Assembly (NCBI GenBank): GCA_951406725.2
Contig: OX597818.1
Location: 98,766,001 to 98,830,000, forward strand
DNA from: Octopus vulgaris
Taxonomy: Eukaryota
Direction: 5' to 3'
Length of the DNA: 64,000 nucleotides
This document shows, piece after piece, positions 51,000-64,000 of this stretch (the first letter of the stretch is position 1; each line of letters starts with the position of its first letter). The notes beneath the pieces are model-generated. The model was given only the letters and a program-made list of their open reading frames with translations, ran no database searches and had not been told where the DNA came from. Both the position numbers and the translations under genes were made by a program.

Positions 51000-51800
51000 C
51001 AAAAATCGCTTATTCATCAAAATATATTCCACCATATTTTATTGTCCGTTTCCATTGAGATTCAATCAATCACACAACATGACCTTCTGTTGGAACGGCC
51101 CTTGTTTGACAAGAGGGTCTGAAGCCAAGCCGAAACGAAACCACTGATTTCTCTTATAAGGATTTCAAAAATAGATCCACTTTTCATTAGCGGTTACAAT
51201 TCGTCTCCAAAACGGGCACCTTCAGGATCTGCCGGTAGATGCTTGCAAATGTTCACACTTTGTTGAGCTTAATCATTGGTCTGCTCAAGACGAGCTTCTT
51301 GACAGTTTCCTGTTCACAAGGCTATGTTGATTAATGGTACTTTGTAAAGGACTAAATTCTGCCGACAATGTACTTGGCTGTTGTTCAATCAAATTTAATC
51401 AAGGCCTCGTTTTCCACAAGGGAAGCTCTCCCTGACCTTAGTTTGACCTCAAGGGTGGTGCCACCTTCCTTGCAACACGTGAACCAATTTTGTACCATGC
51501 GTTCGTTGAAAGGCCCTTGGCCTTCTACATCGTTCATTTCTTTTGCCGCTGCCTCCGCACCCAATACTTTTCTCCATGGGTAACATAATATGACTAATTT
51601 CAATGTTTTCACCACTCATTGTGAAAGTTATAAAATAATGAATACACAATTAATGTTTAGATGTTCTATATGAAAATGAAGAATAAACATTTCAGCAACA
51701 ACTGGATATGTTGTATCAAATTAATGATATAACATGAAGATATGAGTTGCCAAAAATCATCAGTGAAAATCCGAAAAAAACTTTTGACTCAACTTGGTAG
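51000..51800 (-). mobile_element. Degraded mariner relic (HTH region)
   Basis: AAAKEMNDVEGQGPFNERMVQNWF..KEG...RSGR matches the mariner N-terminus. Confidence 0.65.
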
Positions 51801-52112
51801 AAAAGTCAACGTGATGGTCACGCTGTCGGACACCTGGTATATCTCGACAATTGGCACTGTGAAGTAATACTTGTATCATAACTGAAGTAGGTATTAAGAA
51901 CAATTTTGTAACCGTGTTACCCGTCATCTGGACTAGCAAGTCTACACATGAGACACTACCAAAAAGCTACATTAAGTACCCTGGAGTGGCGTATGCAGAA
52001 ACTAAAACGACCTTATGAGCAAGATAGCAGCACTCGCTCAGGAATGGCCTTAGAGAAAACTCAGTAAAGCTAGTGAATGCCTGCATTACTTCCTCAATAT
52101 GCTATTACTTTA

Positions 52113-52345
52113 AGGCTGCGCGCTGGCAGAATCGCTAGCACGCCGGGCAAAATGCTTAGCGGCATTTTGTCTGCCGCTACGTTCTGAGTTCAAATTCCGC
52201 CGAGGTCGATTTTGCATTTCATTCTTTCGGGGTCGATTAAATAAGTACCAGTTACGCAGTGGGGTAGTTGTAATCGACTTAATCTCTTTGTCTGTCCTTG
52301 TTTGTCCCCTCTATGTTCAGCCCCCTGCGAGCAATAAAGAAATAA
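52113..52345 (+). mobile_element. SINE family M copy
   Basis: Full head, core and tail. Confidence 0.85.
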
Positions 52346-53069
52346 ATATATTATTACTTGACCACTGTACTTTGTCCCAAATCACATCAGACTTGAATAT
52401 TTAGTCTGTTTCTTTCTTGTGAAAGAGACTAGCTGACCGATCTGAAGTTTTACCTGTTGCCGACATCTTTCACTCTGAGGGATCGAGCCAACATATCTAA
52501 TGAAGACCATAAGTTTGGTAAGGCTGTGACGAATGCAGACTTCGTAGTCTTTGTTCTGGTGAAGTTACCTTTTGTTAGGCCACTACCAAGACATTACTCT
52601 CCGTTACCTATCAGTCCGTTTTGATGTTAAGAGTTATCAAATGATGTAACATTATTTATAAAGTCATCCGCTGGGCTGTAATTGATAGTAACGCTTATTC
52701 GTTTCAGTCCCGCAGATCGTCATGCTGTATCATTAATTATTGATGGGGATACAAAATTATAGAATTGTAATATGCTGGAGTAATTTTGCAACGATTTGTA
52801 CATTTAACGATACAACCACTTTAGAAAAGTGGCGTTTTGACTTTGTAATAACAAAATGTAAAATATGACGAACTGATAAGAGGTGGCATTGACTATAGTA
52901 ACAAAGTGAAAGGTGATATTTTGTCTTTATAGTAACGAAATGCAACATTGTGGATCTGGATAAAGCAACAGTTTTTCTCATAACCACTATTTTACAGTTC
53001 ATTGCAATCACCTATTGATTTCACTAATTCTTTTTACAACCTAGAACATTTCAGTTTAGTCGAATATAA

Positions 53070-53332
53070 TAAAATAATAAATAAATGCGCCCTTTTAAAG
53101 CCTAGCCAGTCTCATGGGCCCTGTTTCCCGGTTTCAATGGCGTATGCGTTCCCCAGCTGGACGGGACGCCAGTCCGTCGCAGCGTTACTCATTTTTGCCA
53201 GCTGAGTGGACTGGAGCAACGTGAAATGAAGTGTTTTGCTCAAGAACACAACGCGTCGCCCGGTCCAGGAATCGAAACCGCAATCTTACGATCATGATGC
53301 TGACACCCTAACCCTAAGCCACGCGCCTTCAC
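53070..53332 (-). mobile_element. tRNA-derived SINE with CORE-like central domain
   Basis: GGCGCGTGGCTTAG..GGTTTCGATTCC head, TGTGTTCTTGAGCAAAACACTT..CTCAGCTGGCAAAAATGAGTAA body, (ATTT)n tail. Confidence 0.7.
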
Positions 53333-53704
53333 TTTAGTAGATTATAAACTAATTTTATTGAGTATATATGAATAACGGCTATCAAAGTCATAGAAGCATC
53401 CCACATGAACTGAGCTTCTGTCTGACTGAACCCGGAACCATGTGGTTGGTAAGCAAGCAACTTACCACACAGCCACTCCTGCGCCTATAAAGAAACACTG
53501 CACTTATTAAGTGTAAAGGAACACCGCAGTTATTAAGAAGAAGGGTTGAAATTAATGTAAACAAGACTTCACAGATCTAGTATTACTCCTTCAAAGTCAG
53601 CTTCTGAACATTTTAGGCCGCTTTCATATTAGTTTTATATATATTACATATAATATTAGATAATCACAGTATCGACCAGACCATCAGATGCTATTGTACA
53701 CCAC

Positions 53705-53930
53705 TGATCATAATGCACATCCATTTCTTTCTTGATTGTGCCATTCTTTTCGATCTTCACCCATATCACTTAAGTAAACAAGTCTTTCTATCGCAGTGAA
53801 AGCCTTCCAAATAACCTTTTCCGATCTGTTGGATACCACTCGGTAACTTCGTCCAAATAACCTTTTCCGATCTGTTGGATACCACTCGGTAACTTCGTAG
53901 GTCCACCTGTTGTTTCTGAGGATATTACAT
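53705..53930 (-). mobile_element. RTE-like LINE 3' fragment with internal 46-bp tandem duplication
   Basis: RWTYEVTEWYPTDRKRLFGR. 53806-53851 is repeated at 53852-53897. Confidence 0.6.
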
Positions 53931-54098
53931 AATATGTTACATAATACTGATTGTAAATGAAAGAATGAAAACAATAATCGCAACCTGTGGGAACTGAAAT
54001 CATAAACTGTATAATATTGTAACGCATTTGATCATCTTCACTAACATTTGCGTATGATAATATGAAAATCAGGGGCGGGGGACGGAAAAAGCTTAACC

Positions 54099-54530
54099 TA
54101 GGTGTGTTTGTGTGGTAAAAAGCTTGCTTCCTAACCACATGGTCCCGGGTTCAGTCCCACACTGTGGCACCTTGGGAAAGTGCTTTGTACTATAACTTCG
54201 AGTCGACCAAAGCTTGTAAGTAGATTTGATAGACGGAAACTGAAAGAAACTCATCCTATGTGTTTGTGTGTGTGTGTGTATTTGTGTATGTGTATATGTG
54301 TGTGTGGGGGGGGGTCGCATTAGAGTCTTTGACTCCCACCAATGGTTAAAAACCCCTGTTGGTGTGCTTGCGCCTTCGTAACTTAGCGGTTCGGCAAAAA
54401 AGACACCACCGATAGAATAAGTACCAGGCTTTACAAGAGATAAGTACTGGGGCCGATTCTTTCGGCTACAAAATATTCAAGGCGATGGCCCAACATGGCC
54501 GCAGCCAAATGACTGAAACAAATGAAAGAT
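54099..54530 (+). mobile_element. SINE family K copy
   Basis: Collinear with 42300-42710. Confidence 0.75.
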
Positions 54531-54844
54531 AGAAAAATTCTATTTTGACTTCTTTACCGCATATTGGATAATCCGTTTCGATATAATGGATAACCCGTTT
54601 TACAATCGTTACTTATTGCTTCCCAGTATATTCTGAGGACAATATTTGTTATCTCCTTTATTTTACTGAAAAGTTTGAAAGCCAAAAATGCTCGTCAGCT
54701 TCAAATTAAGGGGCCTTTCAAATTCAATATACAAATGGCAACCACAAGATACATATAGTTATGACAAAATGTCACTTTCGATCAAAGTTGTGTTATTCAT
54801 ACCTAGAGAGCTTTAAAGCACAAATTTCATCCTCCTTAATTCTA

Positions 54845-56062
54845 TTGGGTTGTCCGGAAAGTTCGTGCCGATTTATTGTAGCTTACCTTTCGACTTATTT
54901 TAGAACATGGTTGAGTTCACCTCCATTTAGAGCACAGTTTAAGCTAACTTTTCGTGGAAGAAGGTTTATGTTCCTATAACCTGTGTTAATTCTGTAACCC
55001 TTTAAAATGGAAGATAAGAATGTTCATTTTCGACGCTTGATGCTTTTCTTTTTCCGTAAAGGGAAAAATGCCTCACAAGCAACCAAAGAAATATGCGCAG
55101 TTTACGGTGATTTTTTTTTATCCGAAAGAACTGTACGGAAGTGGTTCGGAACGTTCCGAGCTGGAGATTATAGCCTTATTGATAAAGAGCGATCAGGTAG
55201 ACCATCTACTACAGATGATGACCAAATCAACTCATTAATTGAGAATAACCCACTTTGCACAACCCGAGTATTGGCAGAAAGCCTCAACCTATCATGAGCA
55301 CCTGGTAAAGCTTGGGTACACAAATCCCTACGATGTTTGGGTACCACATGAGTTGAGAGAGAAGAACCTTTTGGATCGTATTTCCATCTGTGATTCGCTT
55401 TATAAACGGAATGAAAACGCGTCTTTTTTAAAACAAATTGGATTATCTACGGAAATGTTTAGAGAAAGCGATCCTGGAGTAAGCGATATGAGCCACCCTT
55501 AGCCGCCCCAAAAACGGATCTTCACCCTAAAAAAGTCTTGCTTTGTGTCTGGTGGGATTGGATAGGAATTCTGTACTATGAGCTTCCCCCAAGTAACCAG
55601 ACAATTATTTATGAGAAATACTGCACACAACTGGACGAGTTATAAGTAGTAATTCAAGAGAAGCGTCCAGAATTGGCCAACAGGAAGGGTGTTGTTTTCC
55701 AACATGATAATGCAAGACCGCACGTTTCTTTGGGAACCAGGCAAACATTGCTGTAGCTCGGCTCGGATGTATTACTCCACCCTCCATATTCACCAGATAT
55801 TGCTTCTTTGGATTTTCACTTATTCAGGTCTCTGCAGAATAGTCTTAACGGTAAAAATTTCAATTCCTTGGATGACGTAAAAAGATACCTTGATGAATTT
55901 TTTGCCATGAAACCACCTCAATTCTGGGAAGAGGGTATTTTCAAGTTAAAGGAAAGATGCAACAAAATGCTTCATATCTGGTTGATTAAAAATGTAATGG
56001 CAAGTAATTATTAACCTTTTTCTTTCCTTTAAAAGTCGGCACAAACTTTTCGGACAACCCAA
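54845..56062 (+). mobile_element. Near full-length mariner transposon with disrupted transposase
   Basis: TA|TTGGGTTGTCCGGAAAGTTCGTGCCGA ... TCGGCACAAACTTTTCGGACAACCCAA|TA TIRs with TA TSD. Motifs WVPHEL, HDNARPH, HPPYSPDIA..DFHLFRSL across frameshifted ORFs from 55007. Confidence 0.93.
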
Positions 56063-57140
56063 TATTTTAATGGCTGTCGAAACTAGATTCATTTACTGTT
56101 TAAAATATTTTGAACTGCAAATTATTCTCTTTCTCTTTTACACCTTCTCTTTCTTTCCCTATTCTCCCCCTCTCTATCCCTTTCTCATTATTGAATTCCA
56201 CCATGGGTAACATATTAATAATATCATTAAAAATGCACTCCTAATTATACGAAGGAAGATATTCAATAGAACCTTCATGTAACATTACATTTGAAAACAT
56301 TTTATCTTTCAAATGTAAACTTAAGTCGCAGTTATTTATACATTTGACAAAAATTGAAATTTTTTCTTTGTTACCCACGTCTACAGAAACTGCTGATGCA
56401 TAAACAACACGACGCCAGCCTTTGGTGAAATAGAAAATAACATTCGGCTGAAAAGAAAAAAGTAACTTTATTTCAGACATTTATAATATGACGCTTAACG
56501 TAGCCTTCTCTCTCTACTACACATTCTCTTTCTCTCTTACTTACTCTCTTTTTCTCTCGCTCTCTTTCACGCACAAACAGTGCGTGCGTGTGTATGTACG
56601 TGTATGTATGTGTGATCGATTGTGTGTGTTTGTACGCATACATGCTTATATGTGGGTAGGTGTATATACGCATACATATATAGGTGTGAATGTGTTTGTT
56701 TCGCGTGCGTGGGATTATCTATTTGTTTCTCTCTGTATATTACATATTAACCTGCTTTCAACTAATACCACTTAATATCTATCCGAAATCAGTCCAGGAG
56801 CTGGCGGAATCGTTACCGCACCAGGAAACATGCTTAGCGCATTTCTTCCGAGTGTTCGTACCGAGTTCAAATACCACCGGGATCGACCTTATGGGCTGGT
56901 TCCTTTATTGTAGAAGTGGTCTTCAAACATTTTTGATAAATAAAATCAGTAAATTATATATGTATATTCTTTTACTGGTTTCACTCATTCATGCGCAGCC
57001 ATGCTGGAGCACTGCCTTTAGTCGAATGAATCGACACCAGGACTTATTCTTTGTAAGCTTAGTACTTATTCTATGAGCTCTTTTGCAGAACCACTACGTT
57101 ATGGGGACGTATATATATATATATACACATATATGTATCC

Positions 57141-57242
<102 letters not shown>

Positions 57243-57269
57243 TAGATATATATATAGATATAGATAGAT

Positions 57270-57377
<108 letters not shown>

Positions 57378-57389
57378 TCTTCACCTACT

Positions 57390-58400
57390 ATTTTGTCTGA
57401 GGTTTCCTAAGTTTTTGTTTGAGGTTGCTCAATAGGAAGAAATCGGGAGTTGTTATATGTGAATATCGCGGTAACCAGATATGACGCAATTGCGAGAAAT
57501 TATTCTTCCCTCAAAAGGTTGTCAGAGCAATTGGGTAGCGGCAATTGCTTTGAGAGCAGTTTCCCACCAACTGTTGGAACCATAAGACATATTAATCTTA
57601 AACTTTTGGGATCAAAACATTTTCGATCGCAGACCAATATTTATCTTTTACAACTGTGACAGGGTCTCAACGTGATTTTCTACAACCACCTTTTCCGACG
57701 TCACCCCTTAAAGGACTGCACACTTAGTGGAGTATATTCTCTTTGGTGAATTGCCCTATAATTTTCCGAACTCCAAACCCTGCAGCTGTAATCTTTAATG
57801 AAGTCATTGAAATGAAAATGAACTTCATCTGAAATTATCAGCTTGTGGATATAGTCGGGATCCTTCCTTGATAATTCTTGAAATCTTACTGCATATTAAA
57901 ATCTGTTGGTATAATTTGTTAGTTTGAGCTGTTACACCAACTGCATTTCACACGTTCAAGGTTTCAAAACTTCGCCGGACCGATGTCCGAGAGACTCCAA
58001 ATTATCCAGACTACACAACCACACTTCTGTCGATTTCTTCGGATCTTCTGCAACACTTTCCGCTATAAGCACAACCATAGCTTGGAACCCCAACCAAGTG
58101 ACGTCTGGTCGTTCGTGTAAAGTCATCAACTGAAGCCCGTTCTTCGGAACTGCCAATCAAACGCCCAGTCATTAATTTGCTTGGAGTTTTCTCATTGCTT
58201 AATGGGGACGATATGATCAATGAGTCTGAATTATTTGATCTTTGATTTTAATTGGAAAATTCCAGAATGTGTGTTCGCTGTTCGGTCGTGAATTTTTACA
58301 TTGATAATCTCTAAAGAGTTCTTTATACAGCCTGTAACGAAAAATACGAAAAACAGCAATCAAAAACTTAATTCTTAAAATTTCAGAGCATGTCGTGACT
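57390..58400 (-). mobile_element. Highly degraded Tc1/mariner-superfamily (rosa/maT-like) transposase relic
   Basis: Fragments read LIISDEVHFHF..RVWSSEN, WFQQ, FEGRIISR..WLPRYS..PDFFL. Confidence 0.55.
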
Positions 58401-58658
58401 TTTGATGCGTCGTCATGCATTTGCGCGCGCGCGTGTGTGTGCATACGTACATATATTACAAGGAAAAGTTTGATAATGACTCTGTCATCAGAAAGTCGGA
58501 ATTCACAGTCACTTTCCTTCTAAAATTTAATATGTACTCTACTAAAATGTATTATATATATAATTTCATATATAAACAAGCATTAATGGACGTATTCATA
58601 CATGCATACATACATATATACATACATACATACATACATACATACATACATACATACA

Positions 58659-58689
<31 letters not shown>

Positions 58690-58721
58690 GTACGTACGCA
58701 CATACATACATACATACATAC

Positions 58722-58752
<31 letters not shown>

Positions 58753-61223
58753 CATACATACATACATACATACATACATACATACATACATACATACATA
58801 CATAGGCTTCTCAAATCCAGAAAGGAGAAAGTTAATTGAAGACTACAGAATCCAGTCCATCACTGGAGCTGTATAAAGATGTGTAAAACTTTCCAGAAGT
58901 TTATCATTTAAATATATATGAGCATGTCAGATATGCAGCTATATGCATGAGAATGCATACGTAAAACATACAAATTTGCACATACATACATACATAAACA
59001 CAAAAACACCCTGTTGCTGATGCTGAAAATCCAATGAAGGAGCCTTGGGTCTAGGTTAGAAACCGGTTCTTTCTCTATTGGTAAGTAATCCTGAAATAAA
59101 CTGAATAATGACATACATACGTTATACCTATACATAAAAATACACACATATGAATACTGATCTTTCTCTGGAAACAGTTACGCAGAAATATTACAGAAGC
59201 TCCTATCTCTGATTTTGATGCTGTGAAGAAGTATAACATTGATATTTAATGAAGTCAAAAATTTCTTGGGGCAAAGAATAAATTGGTTTTCTCCTAACAC
59301 CGAGTCTACGTTATTCGGTATATTCATACTACCAGGGAGTTATTTAAAATTTTCACCAGCGTTTTGTTGATGAACCCTATCGTTCTTATTCTTAGAACAA
59401 CTCTTCAAAACATCTATTATTCATTTTCATACTGATCGACACAAGTAAATTGTACTAAGCCTTACTAATTAACGTTGGATTCTATGATCTATTGAGAGAA
59501 TGTACAAAGAATTTCTGCTGAAGAATTAGGATTTCCGTACATGAAGTTGCTCCAAGCTTCGCGAAAATATCTGTGGAACGCTATAATTTTTCCCTGAGTG
59601 GCGTGCCATAACAATTGTTTTGCGGAATACAGAAGGTCACCATTTAGATTATGGGGAGATATATGGCATACTGATGCAAATTTTATCAGAATGAAATCCT
59701 TGAAGCGAGAATTGATAGACCGTCTTAGATTGTGTAGTGTAGCCGCAATGCATGATGAAGGTGTAGCAAGCGCAATCCAAACCATTTTTCCCAAGCACAA
59801 GGCAGTAACAAGTTCAGCAGAAAGGTTCTACCTCCCCTCCTGGAGCATTAATTAATATCAGGCCACCTTTATTGTTGACAAGCTTTCGTTTGATATCTCA
59901 AAACAATCCTTTGTCCGTTACTGAGGACATTTAGCGTACATATTGATATCTAATATTGGTTTCGAGTTTCGGCACAAGGCCAGTAGTTCAGGAGGAGAGT
60001 CTTAGTTGATTACAGTGATTATGAAAAGATGAAATTATTTTGAGTTTGTGAGAACTACAGAAAGAGGTAATTTACATTTAACAAGACACAACGTGAGTGC
60101 AGAAAACTCCAAGTGATAATATCTGTTGAAGAACTAAAACTACGCAGAATGTAAACTGTCGGAGTAAAGTTTCAACTTTTAGAATGGGACATATATGTAT
60201 TTCCTACTTAAATGAATACATTAACTGAGGTAACATAGTTACAACCAAGAAATATACATTTCGGTGCCCTACAAATGTATAAGAGACTGTAGGCATTTAC
60301 TCGTAGGTATTCTTCGAGAAATCAGACTAGCTTTGTGAGGGAACAAAAGTTGTGTGTTACTGTCACCTTCAGATCAATATTTTAATCTAGTGAAGTTTTT
60401 TTTTCAATTGAATTGTTAGTGTAGAATGAAGGCAGTAAACTAGAAAAATAGCTAGCACGTCGAACAAAATGGCGACATTTTCTTCCGACTCATAATGTTC
60501 AAAGGTCTCGGTAGGATTTGAACTTATAACATTGACAACTACAGCGAACGCTGCAAGACATTGCTGCGGACCATTTAACTTGACATAATTTAAAATGTAA
60601 AACGTATTCAATTAATAATATAAAGAATCGAACGAAAAATGGGCATATTCAGGTCTCAGATTTAATTGGTGTTCAGTAAATAAGGTAATAATGTAATATA
60701 AAAGAGGCTAACTGGCCAAAATTCAAAATAACTTGTACAATTAAATTGCAAGTGCGCCGAATATGCTATGATGTATTTTGGAAATTGCTACCGAACTGTC
60801 AACACAGTTGTTATTTTAATGAAAGCTAGGTTAAATATATTATCAGGACATATTAAGTTTCATATTATACTCGCTAATTGCGCAATAAAATAAGAACGTC
60901 CAATGTCAAGAAGAAACTGTATTGTTAACAAATATTATATAAGTTGTATTTCCATTGAACTGTGAAAATAATTGGCACAACTAACAAGTGTCACCGCAAC
61001 ATGCGAGGCAATATATCTTTCCATAATTATCAGCACACTGCGTTCTGAATTCAATTTTCCTGTTTTGACAGGTAACAATAATTCAAATAAACCCCTCAAA
61101 ATTTGCCATTTTTTGCCAAGATTTTCGGGGATAAGGGAATTTTTAATGCTCATAACTTCAAGAAACGCCCATTCAACTTTCAAGATTTCTGCAAAGTTGC
61201 TGCCCTTAATGCTACAACTATTA

Positions 61224-61415
61224 AGGCAGCGAGCTGGCAGAAGTTTTAGCAGATTGGACGAAAATCTTAGAGGCATTTCTGAGTTCAAATCCAGCCAAGG
61301 TGGACTTCGCTTATCATTATTTCGGTGTTGATTAAATAAATACCAGATAAGTACTGGGGTCGATGTAATTGATCATCTCTCTATCCTAAAATTGCTGGCC
61401 TTATACTAAAATTTG
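61224..61415 (+). mobile_element. Diverged SINE family M copy
   Basis: GGCAGCGAGCTGGCAGAAG..GAGTTCAAATCC..GTACTGGGGTCGATGTAAT. Confidence 0.65.
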
Positions 61416-63546
61416 ATATTGATATTTTCAGTAGTCATGTTTTTATTGTGTTCTTTCACTAGCCTATAGAATGTACCTCTGTGCGCCTCAGATAAGAGAA
61501 ATATCTTCTGTTGTTTTTACTTTGGTTTTGTATAACAATATACTACATAATATGTGCTGTGCTTCGTGGCACTGTTTTCTCTATTTTTATAAATCTTAGA
61601 GCTTTGGTTACGTATCTGTAAGCACAAAATTTTATCATTATCGAAACATCTGTTATTATAAGATTTTCTTCTATTCTTTCATCGCGATACTAGTTAGTTC
61701 CATTTTCAAATCTTTTCCAGTTTCTTCTTCGTTTCTTTTAGAGATACTTTATTGTCTTTTGCGACCAAATTCGTTGATTAAGAGGTATTTCTTTCCAATA
61801 CACTTCTTGTTAACAATCAATATCCTCCCAATAAACTATCATCTTTTTATCTACGTGACTGACATATCCCAGTGATTAATCACTTGGCTAATCTTTCAGG
61901 TTTTGAACATGTAGAAGCTTGTTTTGTCATCGCTATAGCGTATGATTTTGAATTTACATTTTTAGCCAAGACTATATGTATTTAATCATATAACGTTATG
62001 GTTTTATATACTTTTAATAATTTTAATAATTGTGGATTTATAACTAGTTCCTTAATGGACATTTAAAGGCGTTACTAGGTCATTTATGAATCTTAACACA
62101 ATATTTAGAGCAGTCCATAGGATCTCTCTTGTGTTGTCCACAAAATACAATATATAAACGTACGGGCTATCTATATAGAGAGTAATATCTTCAAATCTGT
62201 AGATATCTTCGCTGGTGCATTATAATACTGAAACAAAAAAATATATACACATCAGTAAATTTATTAATTGAATTTGGTACTAAAATATGTATACAAATCG
62301 ATGTGTCAGATCTATTTAAGCTCTCAGTAATAGTTATTAACAGCAATACCGTGAACAGACGGTTAAGAGGGTACGATGTTGCAGATGAAATCTCATAACA
62401 GGGTTGAAATTAGTCCGACTGATCCCAAGTTTTATGTTCACAAAGATGTAACTATAAGATACTGTGCTGGCTAAAATTCTACAGATACACTCTGTAGTAA
62501 ACTATATTAATAGAGGAATACCTGGTTGTAAGATTGTGTGGCAGGGGTGGAAATAAAAACGAAGAATTACAGTAATGACTTTAGATATGTTTTCAAAAGC
62601 TCTCGGAAGTGGAAATGTCTGGGCATCTTGAATATTCAAAATATTTGATGGTTATCAAGGGATATATATATATATATACATTCACAGGTAACATCAACCT
62701 TTCTTAATCCAGTTCAAAGAGGCAAATAGATTCTTACTGATAGAAATGAATTATTCCAATGAGAACACCAGCATATGACACATCTAAGTACTGCATAACA
62801 ATGTTTTTATTATTCGCAAGGATGATTGGTTATTTATAAAATAAAACATTTTAATTCTTGTAGAACACAAAGAGGAGTAAGCTTAAGCCCATGGAGACAG
62901 TTAACGAGATCCTTATTTTTAAGGTGATACTTGATGATGCTAGAGTATCTAAATAATATTCCTTATACGCTTGGATTAATAACGAAAAGCGTTTTGATTT
63001 TGTCTCACATGACTGATTCCTCGAAATGCTGAACAAACACAAATTTAACAACACTATGATAAAATATTTTTATAAAAAGCGGTAAAGAAGGGCTAGACAG
63101 TTCCTGCTATGCCTAGGAACATCAATGATCCACGCTTTTGCTTACCTCACAATAATATCTGTTGAGATATTCCAAGCTCTTCTATGCATATTAGATTTTG
63201 CAAGTAAAAAATCCTATTGGAGTTGCATCAGTTTCAGGAAATAATTATTAACCATATTTAAGTTTCTATTTCAACAAATATCATTGCATGGTTTTAATTA
63301 CGTAATCCGAAGTTGATATAAATCTCTTGACTCATTAATTTGTCTTTAATGTTTTAGTGGGGTGGCTAGGTGTTGGCCAAATGTAGCTAAGTTTAAACTT
63401 TCGTATATTTATTTAGTCAGAATTATTGTCTACTCTTGTCCAGTCTTACAACATAGTAGATTTACCTAACAAAGATTCTAAACATAAACTGATAGGTTCC
63501 CAGACGTACCAATGTTTCCATTTCATTTGCTAAGCTCACTTAAATA

Positions 63547-64000
63547 TTGGGTTGGCAACTAAGTTACGGCCGTTTTTTTTTATTTTTGAATTTATTGCGT
63601 TTTTAAACTTTGGAATCTATTTTTTCGAGAATTTTAGTTTTGAATCATTTTGGAATCTATTTTGTTCTCTTTTTTTTCTAGTTAATTTTAGTTAATTATT
63701 GTTTATTTTCAGATTATTAAAATGGAATGTCAAGTTAAAAACGAGTATTTTTCGACACCTTCTTTTTGCTTTGAATCAATGTTCTAAGGCCGCAAAAGCT
63801 GCTCGCGACATTTGTGCAGTGTATGGAGAGGGTGTCATAGCTGAAAGAACCGCTCGTGATTGGTATGCCAAGTTCAAAAATGGAAATTTTGACCTCAAAG
63901 ACGCACCTTGTTCTGGCCGTCCAGTTGAGTTCGATAAAGAGCGATTAAGCCAACTTTTGCACGAAAATTCTCGTCAAACGACAAGGAAACTGGCAAAGAA
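63547..64000 (+). mobile_element. 5' part of a mariner transposon running off the window
   Basis: TA|TTGGGTTGGCAACTAAG TIR. ATG at 63722; AARDICAVYGEGVIAERTARDWYAKFKNGNFDLKDAP.SGRP, with an early frameshift. Confidence 0.85.

Noticed and set aside
59031-59081. TGAAGG-AGCCT/AGGTT-AGAA-ACCGGT hammerhead-like layout
   Set aside because: Core register and stem I do not fit; too weak without a family consensus.
59300-59900. Possible Tc1/maT transposase remnant on the minus strand
   Set aside because: Only faint motif resemblance and no TIRs identified; not enough to call.

Overview
AT-rich, microsatellite-saturated eukaryotic DNA. The SINE families, Dong/R4 LINEs and dense (TA)n/(TAT)n/(GATA)n/(TACA)n tracts suggest an octopus or other coleoid cephalopod (inference, not proven). 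I can support only one host gene: a two-coding-exon, ~528-aa ANL-superfamily (AMP-binding, acyl-CoA-synthetase-like) enzyme at 44885-48538 with several degenerate core motifs. The rest is mobile DNA. (i) Five head-to-tail, 5'-truncated Dong/R4 RLE-type LINEs are stacked in a (TAA)n tract at 10.7-18.7 kb. (ii) Two near-identical ~5-kb Penelope-like elements (RT + C-terminal GIY-YIG) sit head-to-head in (TA)n, forming a ~12-kb inverted repeat at 22.9-35.0 kb. (iii) There are mariner/Tc1 relics, non-autonomous Helitrons and several tRNA-derived SINE families. The most striking unannotated signal is a set of type I hammerhead-ribozyme folds, found by eye and mostly in short microsatellite-flanked inserts. 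Two have a canonical core (29786, 40186), and others carry G3:C8, U3:A8 or A9C core variants (3278, 42094, and the PLE pseudo-LTRs).
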